NCBI RefSeq assembly: GCF_009914755.1 | Contig: NC_060933.1 | Strand: one strand, 5' to 3' | DNA from: the human T2T-CHM13v2.0 reference genome, Homo sapiens | Length of the DNA: 64,000 nucleotides | Shown: positions 1-38,373 of the stretch, one piece after another | How the letters are laid out: each line of letters starts with the position of its first letter | How positions within the stretch are numbered: position 1 is the stretch's first letter | Notes under the pieces: generated by a model | What the model saw: the letters and a program-made list of their open reading frames with translations, nothing else | What the model was told of the DNA's origin: nothing | The model's database searches: none | Made by a program: the position numbers and the translations under genes

Positions 1-316
1 ATCTTAAAGGACAAAACAGAAAAATGGGAGTGAGAAAAAATACACTTCTAAAAAATGTTGTATATGCATGTTTTAAAAGCCACCCATCTGTATACTGATG
101 TATATGTGTTTAAAAATCTCCAGAAGGTAACAGAAAACTGCCAGTTTTTTTGAGGGAGTCAGAAGGGGGCAAATGGGCATAGGGGTGAGAGGAAGGCTTC
201 TGTGTCTACCTTTACATGGTGTTCACTTCTGAACCATGTCACTGTGTTACCTATAAAAAATGTAGGTAATGTAACTGTATCACAATAAAGCTTGATGGAG
301 AAAATAATTTTAAACT

Positions 317-452
317 GGACGTGGTGGCACACACCTGTTATCCCAGCTACTTGGAAGGCCAAGGTGAGAGGATTGGTTGAGCCCAGGAGTTTAAGTCCAG
401 CCTGAAAAACATAGCAAGACCCTTTCTCTACACAAAATTTAAAAAAACAAAG
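317..452 (+). mobile_element. Alu monomer (FLAM-like)
   Basis: GTGGTGGCACACACCTG...CCCAGGAGTT...A tail. Confidence 0.8.
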
Positions 453-1023
453 AAAATAATTGCAGGCAGAAACCTGCCAGCCCACAGAATCGACACACTG
501 GGCAGGGTGGGGGCCAAGTGTAAAAGTCAGTTTCAGTTCCCCCTCTCGTGCTAGAGTCATGCATCTGTGACACTGTCAGGAGTGTGGGGATTTGAGGGTG
601 TTGCCCACAAGTGTTTTCATGACTCTTTGGAATTCAAAAGGACTTTTCCTGAATTGATAGACTCAGTTGATAGGTCACCTGAAACAGACCCAGGAGACCT
701 GATTGCATGTTTGGGCAGAGGTCAGAGGCTCAGATACCAGCTGCTGCCCCACCAGTGGCTCAGCCTGTGACCTCGGAAGAAGCCCCCTGACTTTCCTGCC
801 TCAGTTTCTCATGGCAGAGAACAGATGGCAGGTGAACATCATAAAACATTGGGACCTTATGAATACTGGTATTTTGGTGTGAGATTTTTTTTTTCCTACC
901 CTTTATCCTTATTAAGATTAATTCATGCTTACAATAATATATTCATGATTCTCGAAGCAGAAGAAAGAGATGGAACAGCAATGTTGGACAGGTGCTGGTT
1001 TTTTTCCTAATTTCAAATCTACC

Positions 1024-1252
1024 TTTTTTTTTGTTTGTTTGTTTGTTTTTTTTTAGGCAGGGTTTCATTCTGTTGCCCAGGCTGGAGTGCAGTAGTGCAG
1101 TTTTGGCTCACTATAGCTTCAGTCTTCTGGGCTCAAGCAATCTTCCCGCCTCAGCCTCCCAAGTAGATGGGACTACAGGCATGCACCACCATGCCCGGCT
1201 AATTTTTGTGATTTTTGTAGAGATGGGGTTTCATCATGTTGTCCAGGCTGGT
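1024..1252 (-). mobile_element. Truncated old Alu (AluJ-like)
   Basis: T-rich tail then GTTGCCCAGGCTGGAGTGCAG. Confidence 0.85.
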
Positions 1253-1930
1253 GATACTGTATTTTAAAAATACAGTTTTTATTTGATTCTTGCCAGTGAC
1301 CTTCTACCATAATGAAGCGACTCTGAGTCAGAGCCCCCTTCACAGAGCACTGGAGCTCCTTCATGACACTTAGAGTCCATCTCTGGCTGGTCATTGGTGA
1401 ATGGTGTCCAGTCTTACCGTCAGGTTTATTTGACCCTGGACCTTTTTACTAAGGGAGTGGCAAGCGAATTGCTGCCACGTGCTTGTGTGGTGATCCAGCC
1501 GCGCCTTTCTGGCACAGTCGGCTTTAGTGAACAGGCCCGTGGATCAGTGGTGCTAAGAATAATTTAAACTACTTAGGGGAAGATTTGGGTTTAGCTGTAT
1601 AGGGAACAAGGCATTCCACAGGGGGCCATTTGTTGTGTGGTGTCGCCACTGTTCCTAGATTGCTCCTGTCTGGAGTGTGCTGCATATTCCAGATCAAAAG
1701 ACGTGCCATTTTTAATCTGTTCATCCAAAAATGGTGGCAGAACCTCTGTGCTAAGTTTTCTGTGTAAGGGAACAACATTAGGAAAGGCTTCTTCTCTAAA
1801 GCAGGTTGTAATGTCAAGGAATGAATGAAAGAATGAAGAAATAAACTGTTCCCAGGATTATAAGAGTGAAATGTTTGGCCTTGTAGGGCTCAAGGAACTT
1901 AGTACAAAATGCGGAAGGACAGGTGAATGA

Positions 1931-2747
<817 letters not shown>

Positions 2748-2968
2748 TAGGAGGCTGTGCTTGTCTGTGGCCCCAGGCAGTCAGTAGAACCTTCCCTGCT
2801 GGGGCAGGCTGTGGCCTGGAGCGGCTGTGATGTCTTACCTCTTTCCATTTGTAAGCAGGCACTGGTCCTTGCAGGTCAGCTGGGAAGGGGCATGATGCTG
2901 TCAGCAGCAGTCTCCCTTGCCACCCTCAGCACCCTCGTGGCATCTGCCAGCACAGAGCACCCTTGTGA

Positions 2969-3235
<267 letters not shown>

Positions 3236-4012
3236 TGACTGCAGCCTCTGGGCACTCGATGGAGTAACAGAACTTCCTCCTCTCATCTCTCTGCACTCCT
3301 AAAAGGGTGCTGATGCCACTGGGGTCTCCGGTTCGAGCTGGAAACGTGGTCTTTGACTAGCCACGTGATCTGTGCATCCATTGGACTTGCTGCCTAGGCC
3401 ATTGGATTGGGCCTTGTGCCTTTTTTGTCTCTTGGGTTGGGCCAGGCCTGTCCCCTCCCCCTCTGTCATCCGGTTGTTAATTTTGCTGTGCCTGGTGGCT
3501 GTGGCAAGGATGGACAAAGGACCAATTAACTTAGGTCCCCGGTTCAAGAGCTTGTTTTCTAAAGCTCCCAATCCTAGCTACATCTAGTCGGAATCACTGG
3601 GGAGTTTGTGAATGAGTCTGATTTCCAGTCCTCCCCTCCCCCAGCCCAATTAGGACCTGTATTTTTAACCCATTCCTCTGGGGATTGTTACATAAATCAG
3701 CCTGGTACTGGTCTCTACTGGCCCCTCATCTTAGGTCGGGCCAGGGAAGTGGCAGGATTGTGTAGCACTGGCTGGAAATTTCTCCTTGGAAGCCGAGGGT
3801 GGCTGGAGGTTAAGGTGGTGTTTAGGAATGTGATTTTCCACGTGTTCTACTCAGGGATTTTGAAGTGGCTCATGTAGTCCAGGGGTCTTGATCAGGTCTT
3901 AAATTGTGAGGCCTTTTGTTTGCTTGCCTTGATGTATCCCCAAGGCCTCTCCCATTCAAGTCATAAGTGATGTCCTGTAAGTCAGTGATCACTGTGGATG
4001 TGTCTTACTTAA

Positions 4013-4432
<420 letters not shown>

Positions 4433-5228
4433 TAAAAACGTAGACATAGAAGAAGCTTCTAAGCATCAGTTTAATCTCCTCATTGGAGAAGATGAGAAAA
4501 CATGGACAGAGGGGTGACCTTGGCTTGCCCCAAATCACACAGCAAAGGGGTTGAAGAGCTGGGATCAGACATGTCCTGGGTCTCTTTCCCTTAAGGGTCG
4601 TGTAACTCAGAGACCTTTGTGCTTCAACTTCTAACCAAAAGGTGACCGAAAACAGGGGTCTGTTGTCTCATTTGATTTCTTGTTGGCCTCTAATAATTTC
4701 CACCCGATCTTACCACATTTGGCAATAGAAAGCATCATTTTAAAAAGACAGGTCAGCAGGTTTCCGTCTGTGAGCTACGCAAGTGCCCCACACCTCCACT
4801 GGAAGGACAGCAGCTGCGCCTTGCCTGTCTTGTGGGCTGGGGGATCTTTATTAAAAGGTGCCACTGCTAAACAAAGCCTGAAACCACTGTGCCCGGAACT
4901 TGCTCCTGTTTTAATGTGTAGTCCAGTGCTGACCCTAAGTGGGCTGGTCAGTGTTTGTTGAAGGAATGACCCAAGGCTGGTTTCATCAGGGCCATCTTCA
5001 TCTCTCTGGGTTGTGAGACTTGGGGAAGGGTGGTGATTGTTGCTTACTGATGAAGCCTTCTCTCTGAGTAGATCTCATTTTATATTTCACAGTCAGACTT
5101 CCCTCAGCAAGTTCATCCTCATTGGCCAGGGGTCTGCCCCAACCTTCCCTGACAGATTTAACAGTTCTTCACTTTTGGTGTTTTTTGTTTTTCATTTTAT
5201 TTTTTTGGTGAAGGAGGGGGTCCCTTGA

Positions 5229-5576
<348 letters not shown>

Positions 5577-5793
5577 TGAAGTTGGATTGTGTCCAGCAGA
5601 TAGGTCAAGTGGTTGAATGTCCCCCTTGGGGTCTCCTCTTGGCCCTGTTACCCTACTTCTGAGGCTTCCACTCGTTTTGCATTTTCTCTCCCTGCTTTTT
5701 AAATCTTCAGGGCCTCTGACTTCTTTCCCTGGTGATGTGGATATGATTTTAGCCTTTGGTTCTTTAGAAACAGGAGAGGCAGGTTTTCCCTGA

Positions 5794-6108
<315 letters not shown>

Positions 6109-6509
6109 TGAGTCCATTGCATTACAGTCACGTGTGTAGAGATGAGTGCGGTGGTGATTCTGGTCAAGATGAGGGGCTGATGAATAGAAGTGCTGTGTCT
6201 CCTGGAGACCACAGAGAACTTAACCAGCTCAGCGTGGCAGGGTGTGTGGGGTGGTGGCTGGGATTTGGAGCTGGATGACAGATTGAGTCATGATTTGAAG
6301 TGCCTGGTAGAGTTGAAGTTCTGGCACGTGTGTGTTGCTGCTGCCCTAGGCCTTAGCAACCAGCATGTAAAACTGCAGGACAAGGCAGAACTTCTTTCTG
6401 GGATGTACTCGTTTGCTCATTATATATTTCTTTTAAAGGAACTGATAGAAATAATTAAATCAAACATGAACCTTTGCAGTGTGGAATTTATTTTTGGAAA
6501 GGTATTTGA

Positions 6510-6917
<408 letters not shown>

Positions 6918-7169
6918 TAGTCTTGATCTTAGAGTTTTGTTGTTAACTTTTTAAAAATTATTGATGATGCAAAATTTAAACAAAAAAGAAAATAGCTCCC
7001 AACCACTGATCACTCAGGTTCAATAAGTACCAATGTTCTGCCATTCGGTTTTTGTTTGTTTTAATTTAATTTTTTTCCAAGAGACAGGGTCTCAGCTACT
7101 CTGGGCATACTGCCTGTGGGTTAGCCCTACTCTGCAAGGAGCAGTAAAAAATATAAAGATAAAAAGGAA

Positions 7170-7593
<424 letters not shown>

Positions 7594-7699
7594 TCAGCCT
7601 CCGGAGTAGCTGGAACTACACGCGGGTGCCACAAACCCAGCTTGTTCTGCCATTCTTATTCGTTTATCTCCACCCACTCCCCATCCCCCAACCTGATTA

Positions 7700-13200
<5,501 letters not shown>

Positions 13201-13525
13201 GGGCTGATCAGTGCCTGGGGCAAGTGGTAACTCACAAATCTCACAAGTCAAGCTTCTGTATTCTAAGGGTAGACAACTACTTGGTTTCTGCCTGCTTTGT
13301 TCATCCTCTTGGGCCTTGAAATAGATTTTAAAGATATATTGTTCAGATTTAAGAATTGTTACCTGTGGGAGGGTTAGTCTAACCAAGCTGCCCTGCTCTT
13401 ACCAGAAGCCAAAACTGCCCTTCAGTCACAGGGGTAGGCAGCCAGGTGGTTGACTCAGCTCCTCTGCTGGGATAGCGAGATTTCTGGCCAAAAGAACCTC
13501 TCCGATGGTGCCTGGGTACCACTGA

Positions 13526-13920
<395 letters not shown>

Positions 13921-13928
13921 ACCACTGA

Positions 13929-14066
<138 letters not shown>

Positions 14067-14408
14067 TAAGGACCCGTTCCTGCCCTATCAGCATGAGTGC
14101 ATCCCTGCTTAGTGTTGTTGTGTACCCAGAGCATTTCCCAGTTTCCATAGCAACCTGGAATGGCAGACAGATGCTGTTTCCACTTTGTTTTGAGGGTGAC
14201 AGCTATTGATGATGGCTGTGAAGGAGGGGAGCCAGGGTTTGCCTGCAGGTGTGACTGTGTCCTGTGCATAGTCGGCCTCTTCACCACTGCATCAGTGTGT
14301 CCCCAGGTGTGTTATGCAGACCACGTCTTCATGGATTGCTTGTGGCTGTCGTGCCCAAAAAGGCTGCTGTGGCCAAGCAAGTTTGGGAAACCTCCCTGGG
14401 TTCAACTT

Positions 14409-15705
<1,297 letters not shown>

Positions 15706-16722
15706 TTAATGATAACAATCATACCTATGGTTGTCATAATTTGTATTTTTTGAGTACTAGCAAGTAAGACTTTTTCCTTTGCTTCCTTTGTATAATGCCT
15801 GTTTCCTTCACATTTATCACTGCTTTCCGTTAAAATGTAATGTTTTATATTGTTTAGATGTTAATGCTTTGCTGTTGGTCTTGCAAATATTTTTCTCTGT
15901 TTTCTTGTCAATAACTGAATATTTGTTTAGTCAAATCTGTGAGTCATCTTTTTCTTTGTTATTTCATCCTTTACTTAAAAGCTTCCTAAAGTAAGTGCCC
16001 ATCTTCTGGAAAGAGTTGGTAATAATCTTTGCTACTCTTTTTCTGATGACACACAAAAAATGAAATTCTGTAATTTCCTTTCATGCTGTTTGATTTCAGC
16101 TGAAGCTTTGGATGCAGTCGGGACATACCTATGGGTCAGTTCCTGGAACACTAAGCTCAGAAGGAGCTGTGATCAAGAATTAAAATCAAAGGCAAAGACA
16201 TAAACTCTTAGAGACTGATTGGAGCAGTAGGACACTCTGTGTTCCTTGTCTCTTTGAGGCGATGGGAACTGCATATTCCCCTGAAGGAACTGGACATTGG
16301 TTTTGGAGACAGTTTTGCCCCTGACTTTGACCAAGGGCACTTCAAAATCAGAGTGCCCGAACGATCTCCTCCTGAAACCTGCTCTTTTTCTTCATGTTCT
16401 CTGAGCTGGTTGGTGACCTGGTAGAGACTTAGTGCATGCATCCATGTCTTATTTGGCATCTTTATTTCCTCATACACAATTGGCTCCCAAAACTTGCCCT
16501 GACTCTGTCTCCTCTTTTCATTTTCTCTGGGGCCACTGGGACCTCCTCCTTTTCCAGACCATCCATGGGTCCACCAGTTCATCTCCATCCTTTCAGCCTG
16601 TCCTCCATGGCCCGTCCTTGACACCCTGCCCATAGTCATCTTCTAAAAACACAGGTCTTTTAGACAGGTCAGCAGCTTTACTGTGGTCTCCATTTCTCAC
16701 AAAGTCAGATAGGAATCACCGT

Positions 16723-16770
16723 TGTCCCCTCTGTAATTGTTGTCCCCTCTGTAATTGTCCCCTCTGTAAT
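16723..16770. repeat. Short tandem repeat, 3 x TGTCCCCTCTGTAAT
   Basis: Copies at 16723, 16741, 16756. Confidence 0.85.
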
Positions 16771-17257
16771 CTCCTAAGCTATGTTACCTGCCTCGTCTTC
16801 CCTCCCTCGCCACGTACGTGTGTGGGTAGACACACAGGCCCACACATCTGCCATCCCTGATTCCCGCTTTTCTCTGATCTGCAGTATTACCGGGCCCTTG
16901 TAAATGCTTTGCCCCAGCACCATTGCTTCCATTGTGAGGCGTCCAGACGAGCATGGCACCCATCCCCTTCTTGTCCAGCCACCCCTGCAGCTCTGTTTGG
17001 AACACCTCCTCCTTTTCCATGCTGTGTCGGCTCTGCTTGTCTCCTCTTGCTCTTTTTATTGTGGCACTGTTTAGTAGTCATCTTTTGTTCTTTTGAGGGG
17101 CATTTATTGAGCAACTGGCTTGTGCAGAGCATAGGGAGGGAGATGTACCAAAAGGAGACGGACACGCACCTGGGAGTCCTGGTTCAAATCTGTGAGCTCC
17201 TCCCTGTGAGGGGTGCCCCGTTAACCTTGATGAGACTCAGCTACTGACTTTTTAAAT

Positions 17258-17789
<532 letters not shown>

Positions 17790-17955
17790 CTTTAAAGTGA
17801 GGATCATGAGGACTTTTTTTTGTATCGGTGAAATAGTGTGACATATCGTGCCTGGGGCTCTGTTTAATGAGAGTGACTTGATAAATGGTGGGGCTGAACC
17901 GTGGAATTCACATGGAAGTAGTGGGAGTGGTGGTCCATTCTAATGAAGAAAATGA

Positions 17956-18321
<366 letters not shown>

Positions 18322-18369
18322 TAAGTGGGCATTTCTTTTTCATTTTTATATTTCTTCTTTTGTTAAAAT

Positions 18370-20080
<1,711 letters not shown>

Positions 20081-20402
20081 ACACTCTCTCCCTTGCACAT
20101 ATGCCCTCCTTGCCCACTCAGATGTCATTGTCCCCACTCCTGGATGCCCTGAATGTCCCTGCTGGGCCAACTCTGCCTATGAATGTCCCCCTCATCTAGC
20201 TTGGGCTTTGGCCCCACACCTCTACCTGCATGCCCTCCTCCCCTTGCCTGGGCTCTAACCATTTGGAGTGCAGTCAGCCGCCAGGACTCCCTGGCACCAG
20301 GCTCCTGGCTTGCATTGCCACACCTAGTGACTCTGGGACTGGACTGTTGAGGAGTGGGAGGGCTGGGGAAGGGGGAGTCATGACTTTGAATACACTTGGT
20401 AA

Positions 20403-23176
<2,774 letters not shown>

Positions 23177-23555
23177 TGACAGTGAATTTCATTTTCCTAG
23201 GGCTCTTTCTACCCAGGGGTTTATGTATTGTTGTGCGGGCAGGAGTAGCAGTTTTCGTGACCCAGGAATGATCAGTGTGTGGCTTCCTGTTCCGGTTCTT
23301 AGCCTTGGAGGCCCTTAGCTTGCATGCCCATCAGCAGTGGTGGGAGTGTTTGTCGTGTGCGGGTCGCATGTTGCTTTGCAAACATGGTTTTCACCTTCAC
23401 AATCCTAAGAGCTTCCTTTGTTGTCCCCATTTTAAAAACAAGGAAGTGAGATATGGAGAGTTGGCACTTGGCCTAAACCACATTTCACATACAGCAGAGG
23501 CCAGAGCAGGATTCGAACCCAGCTCTGTCTGCCACACGCCTGTGCTGCCTCTTGA

Positions 23556-24119
<564 letters not shown>

Positions 24120-24159
24120 TAGGCCTGGGTCAAATGCCTGGGTTCTGATCCTATTTGAA

Positions 24160-24305
24160 CTTCTTTTTTATAATTTCAACTTTTACTTTAGTTTCAGGGG
24201 GTACATTGTGTGATGCTGAGATTTGGGGTATGAATGATCCTATCACCCAGGTACTGAGCATAGTACCCAATAGGTAGTTTTTCAGCCCTTTTTCCTTCTC
24301 CCATC
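24160..24305 (-). mobile_element. L1PA 3'-end fragment within MIR-like sequence
   Basis: tatcacccaggtactgagcatagtacccaataggtag; tgaactt duplicated on both sides. Confidence 0.75.
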
Positions 24306-24635
24306 TGAACTTGTTAAACTAGCTGGTGAGCACCTCACCTCTCTGAAGCCTGTTTCTTCATCTGTGAAATGGGATGAGTATGTACCTGCCAGCACGCGGA
24401 GGGGTGTACAGCACGCTCCAGTTTCTGGGACATTGAAACCATGCATCTACTCACTGATGATACTCATCATCGTCACTATTATCCTCGCTATCCCTGCCTA
24501 ATCAAAGACACGTGTGCTCTAGGACTTTAATAAAACCACAGATCCTTTAACATGGAATAAAAATAAGCCCACTTGCTTGGTAGAATACATTTTTTCCTGG
24601 TGTTGATTCTAAAAGGAATGGATCACATGGCCCTA

Positions 24636-26133
<1,498 letters not shown>

Positions 26134-26425
26134 CTTATTAGTCCTTTTTAATAAAACATCTTCCACCTGAAGTCACATCTCAGCTCTGCCACTGACCGTG
26201 TGACCCTGGACGTCATCTAACCTCTTGACCCTTAGTGTCCTAGTCTGTAAGGTGACAACAGGTGAAGCCTCCTCACATGTGTTGTGGGGAGTCCCTGAGC
26301 TTGTGTACGTGATGCGTTTGGCACAGGGCCAGGGTTCAGGGACGTGACTGTTCTAGCAGTGGAGCGTACGGGCCAACAGGAAGAAGTACTTGTTTGTAAA
26401 CACTTGGTTGGCTGAGCTTCTGTGA

Positions 26426-26662
<237 letters not shown>

Positions 26663-27958
26663 TGAGATGGTAAAAGACTGTGATAAACAGGCCTGAGTGC
26701 CGAGCAGATGTTTCCCCTCCTCGTCCCCATGCCCCACCTCCAACTTAGAAAAAGGCCAGAATATCCCTTATGTGCCCCCAAGACCAGTGGGGACGTCAGG
26801 AGTTGTACCTCAAAACTTGTGACCTTGGTAGATCAGCCCCTGGCCATTATTTATTTCTCTGAGTGGTGGAGGTCCCTGGGAATGAATACAGTCTTTGTGG
26901 TTTATTGAGCTTGTTTTCTAATATTGTTAAGGAACCTATTCAGTGCTGTATGCAGTGAGCTCCATTTTTCTAGTGTGCAGGCTGGTTGTTTTATTTCAGA
27001 GCAGTGCACCTTGGACGTTCCTTAGAGGACAGTGTTTCCCACCCTGGGGTCCTCCCAAGGTGTAAGGGAGGCCTGTGAGCTGTTTGAAGAGCTGCCCAAG
27101 AGAGGCACGTCACCTTTGGGTTACAGATGTAGGTTTGCAGGTTTCAAGTTGGACAGCTCCCTTCCTGATGTTGCTGCTGAACTAGTTGTGCATGGCCTTG
27201 GAGGGGTCAGTTATGCCCCTCTCACCCATATTTCTTCATGTGTAAACCAGGAAGAATGAATACCTGCCTTTCAGCATGGCAGAGTGTTTCATGCCATATC
27301 GCCTATAAACTATTTTATTGGTGTCACCGTTATTGGCTTTTTATAAACTTTATTTTTATTTTTTTATAAATTTTAAAAGGGACCTACTTTTTGTCCTAAA
27401 GATCATGTGGATAATGGTTGTAATTCCACCCATCTCTCCTAGTCCTGATAGTCTTGAAGCACTCATCAGCAATCGTGCCTACTAGAGTAGTAATAAGTAA
27501 GGGAACACAGTAGTCAATACTAAGGAATAGTGCATTTTGGTGGGACACTGAGATGATACATAGACATTACTTAGTGCACACCAAACAGCAAGGTGTGCAG
27601 TAAATTATTACTAATATTAATTGAAAATATTTCAAAACGTGTGTGCCATGGAGAAACAAACCAAGGACTTAAGGCTTTTCCCAGTATCTCACTTAATTAC
27701 CTTTAAACTTCTCACCTCAGCCTCTTCTCTCCTCTGGGCACCTGGGAGCCTTCCAGGGACTGCCTTTAATGTGATTTTAGAGCATGGGAGTGTAGGCGAG
27801 CACTGCACAGTTACTCATGTTCTTGGGGTATAGAATTACTGATGGGGGAGAGCTCTGGAATTACTTGCGCCAAACCTAGCAGCGACAATTGCTCTAGGTA
27901 ACTCCTTGGGGTGCGGAGGAAGTGATGGGTAAGTCCTTCCTTAAGAATAGAAGGAATT

Positions 27959-28299
<341 letters not shown>

Positions 28300-29540
28300 T
28301 CATATTCCCTGGAGACCTAGGGTGTAGACAGGAGGTGGAGCTGGGAGATGGAGGCCCACAGCCTTCTCTGTGGACTGGGAGAGTGAATGACTCAAGTCTC
28401 TTGATTGATGAGCTATATTTATTGAGTGCTCTTAATAGGCACTGGGAGTGCCAACAGAACTGTCCAGGGAATCAGCTCAGGATGTGCTGTAGACTGCCAG
28501 GCAGGTTGGCCGCCTTTTTGTTTGCGGAATGGAAGCGTGTGTGCTGGAGGCCGTTTGGGTGTCCTCAGAGTGTGACGCAGCAGTGAGTCCTGCCTCAAGG
28601 CCAATTCAGGGTTCCTTTAGGAATTAGCGCCCGAGGTCACTGATGGGATAGAGCAGGGTCTGAAATGAACCCTCCTGAGTCAGGCAAGGGCCTTGATTTT
28701 GAATAGTTACTGATAATTTGTTTACCCATTTGTGCAAATGTTCTGTATCCTGAGTGTGGTGCTGTGGGCAAGGGTGCACAGGGAGTCTCTTAGGGTTCAG
28801 TGAGGGTTACCAGCAGTAAAATCCATCAGCTGCTGTGAGTGCAACAAAGGAGCACTGGCCATTCTGTGGGAGCAGAGGACCGGGGACCTGGTCTCGTCTG
28901 GGGGTTACGACAGACTTTCTAGAGGAGGATGTGTTTAAACTGAAAATCTGCGTTTAGGGATGGAGGGAAGAGGCGCTTACCTAGGGGTCCCAGTGTGTTC
29001 CCGTGGCCTGAAGTGCGTGGCAGGGATATATGGAGCAGAAAGTGGAGGGCCAGTCTTGCGAGGCAAAGCTAGAGAGGCAGACTGGGCAAAGTCACACGGG
29101 ACCCAACCCTCACTGTAACACCGTAGGTCACGAGTAGCCTCGTAGGATTTAGGCGTCGGGTGGAGAGCGGTGGAGAACCACTGAAGGCTCTTTTGAGCTA
29201 GGGGTTGACATATTGGGCGTGGGGTGTCTGTGTGAAAAGATCATCCTAGTCAAGGATGGAAAATGGATTGAAGAGGCCTGGAGGGAGCAGGGAAGGGATG
29301 CTGGTGTATTATTTAACCTCAGGTGGTAGCTGCAGACAAGGAGAGAAGTGGCCAATGTCCAGACATTCTGTGGGAGGCTGCTGTTCGGTTCCAGGAGTGT
29401 CTGATCTAGGTGAAAACCTAGCCTGTCTCGTGTAGCACAGGCACAGATGAGCCTCCATTGTGATAATGGCATGGCTGTCCACCAGCCTTGGACAGGGACC
29501 TGAGCTTGCAAGCTGTAACACACTGGGGGCTTCCCCTTGA

Positions 29541-29957
<417 letters not shown>

Positions 29958-30119
29958 TAAACAGATACACCTGGATTTTGGTCTGGCTCTTTGTCAAGTA
30001 CACAACTGGTCTGAGTTTCAAAGTAGTCACTTGCAAAGTGTAGGTACAATAATAGTTCTGTCATAAAGATTTGTTGGGAAAGTCATGAAGATCGTGTATC
30101 ATAAATTGCTTTAATTAAT

Positions 30120-31870
<1,751 letters not shown>

Positions 31871-32375
31871 AGCATTTGGGGAGGTAGAAATCTGAAGTCT
31901 CTGTCCCTTAAACCTCCATGAAAGTAAGCATGTGAGTCTGAATTCCTGGGAGGGGGACAATTGTTTCCCTGCCCTGGTCCAGGCCAGACAGACCCGCCAG
32001 TCTGTTCCTGGTAGTAAAGCGCATGTGTCTATCTAATGTGCCTTTTGAGGATGTGGCCCTTTTGGGTCTTTGTTTTAAACAATGTCTCAGTTGTATCTCC
32101 CTGCCCTGTATAGAAAGGCTTCATCCCCTGTCCTGAGTGTTAAGGACCAAGCCTATATCTGACAAATGTGCTTTTCTTGCCCCCTTCCTTGGACAGGTCT
32201 TTGAACCAGGCAGGGTGCATGTGTGTGTGCCTTCAGAGGTCCTCAGGTCAGGAAAGATTAAGAGCCCTATGATGTGTAGGTGGGTGGGGTGCTGTATCCA
32301 CATGAAAGTCAGGGTAACTATTAACTTCTTTGGCCTTTGGTTGACCCTGAGATTGGAGCAGGGCTTTCTAAATGA

Positions 32376-32624
<249 letters not shown>

Positions 32625-33332
32625 TGAGATGAAGCCTGGTCCTGCTGCCTTGCCACTGAAGGAAGACTCCAGGTCCTAATTGAGAGGGCCCTGGGATGAG
32701 CTACCATCCTAGGAGACACTGCCCACGGGAGACGTGCTCCTTGAAGGGACTCCTGGTTCCTCTGGGGAAGGAGAGTGTGAGGAGGATTGCTTGAATGCTT
32801 TGTCCAAGAGGCTCTTTTCAGATGGTGAGACGTAAGGTGAAGGAGAAGTCCCGGGGTCCTCAAATCCTGGGCACAGGGCAGGCGGGTGGGGGCTTCACAA
32901 GGCAGGTGGGGTCCAGAGCATGGGTCTTGGCTCATTTCTGTGGAAGTAAACAGAGTTAGCCCTGCCACCCCCATAGCCCCAGACTCTTCACGGCCTCCCA
33001 GGCTCCAGCTTGCTCTTGCTCTTTGACCCGGAGGATTGCCTGGCTCCTCTGTCTCCAGGGGGCACACCGTACCCAGCCTGCGGCCACGACAGTCTTCACT
33101 CTCATGGACTCCAGGGGCCACCGACCAATTCATGGCCTGGCATTTCTGAGACGTGTTTAAAGATAGAACAAATGTTGATGCTTATGTTTTTTTTTGGTTG
33201 TTGTTTTTTGTTTTGTTTTTCTAGCTTTCTTTTTAAAAAGTGTTTTTGTTTTTGTTTTTGTTTTTTCTTTTTAAAACTAAGCTCTGTGTTCAGCATGGAA
33301 ACCAGGAACCAGGCTCCAATCGCATTGACTGA

Positions 33333-35435
<2,103 letters not shown>

Positions 35436-36394
35436 TAAAACCAGACACCATCTGGGCCCTTTTTGTTGTTGTGTTCTGTTCTCAGCAGCACTGAGTTCAC
35501 GCATGCATGCCGATGCCGCCGTGTGTCGGGGCTGGGGGCCTGCCCCCAGGCCGTCTGTGCGCGTCTCCATTGCCTGCCCCCACATTGCCTGTCTGCTTCT
35601 CGTGGTGGTGTTATTGTGGCTAGAGCTCCCACCCCCACCCCCACCCCAGTGGTGCTCTTGAGGCCACTGTCCAGCACCTGACCTGAGAGTCCAGTCATGT
35701 GTCCCTGGAGCCCCGCCGAGGGGCCGCTGCAGCGAGGAACGTTGCCTGTGCACAGTGCCAGGTGCCGGTCAGTCCACCAGAGTCCTCTGCTCCGGAGTTG
35801 CTGCCAGGCGGCGTCCTAGGGGGCATCGCTGGCCTCGTGGCTGCATGGAAGTGGCTCTTCCTAGGTGGTTCTGCTTCTCCACTGTGAGGAGACGTGGCCC
35901 CACGGTGGGGTTGCCACCTCAGCATGGCAGGAGCCCAGCAAACGCAGAGGGGAGCAGGCTGCACATGGTCTGGCGAGCACCTCTTCCACAGCCAGAGACA
36001 TTCGGGTGATGACCTCTGCTCAGGGACCAGGAGAGGGTCCCCTGCACAGTCTGGGTTGACTGACTGCACTTGGCTTGTGCCTCGGACAGGGAGGTGCAGG
36101 GGCTGCTGAGGCCTTCCCTGTCCTCAGCATACTGAGGAAGATGGCTTCACACCTCCACTCTCCTTAGAATTCAAGGCAGAGAAACTCCCAGAGAAGGAGC
36201 CACAGGGAACACCGACTCTTTCAGGTGGCATCTAATCCAGCTTTCCAGGCGCCAGAGGCTGACCCTTGGCTTCACCTCAGTTTTCTGCCCCAAGGGCCCT
36301 CCGGCAGGGCAGTCCTGGAGAGGAGCAGAAATGCTGGCGTCTCCATTCTGAGCATATTCCCCTTGTCTCTCTCCCCCCTACACTCTGAACATAG

Positions 36395-37012
<618 letters not shown>

Positions 37013-37357
37013 TAGGATTCCCACTGAGTGTTGCTCACAGCCCGTTGAATCCCCGTGACACCCTGCAGCTTCCGGGCTTTAAAGAGAGGAAGCCTGGGGC
37101 CCAGAGACGTTCGGTGGTGTGTCCGAGGTCACACAGCTGTAGGAGCAGAGCTGGGGTTTAAGCTCTTTGCGTGTTCTCTCAGTTGTGCCCTTGGGCCTCT
37201 TTGGTTTGGGGTAACAATGTGTTAGATCAGAGGTGGCCTGAGAAAAGTGCGGAAGTCCTGTCCAGGTTTCTGTCGAGCCTGATGCTAGATCTCAGGCGCC
37301 TGTTGAATTGGGTTGTTCTTGTCTCCTGGTGAGTGGAAAGACTGTTCCTTCTCGTGA

Positions 37358-38373
<1,016 letters not shown>
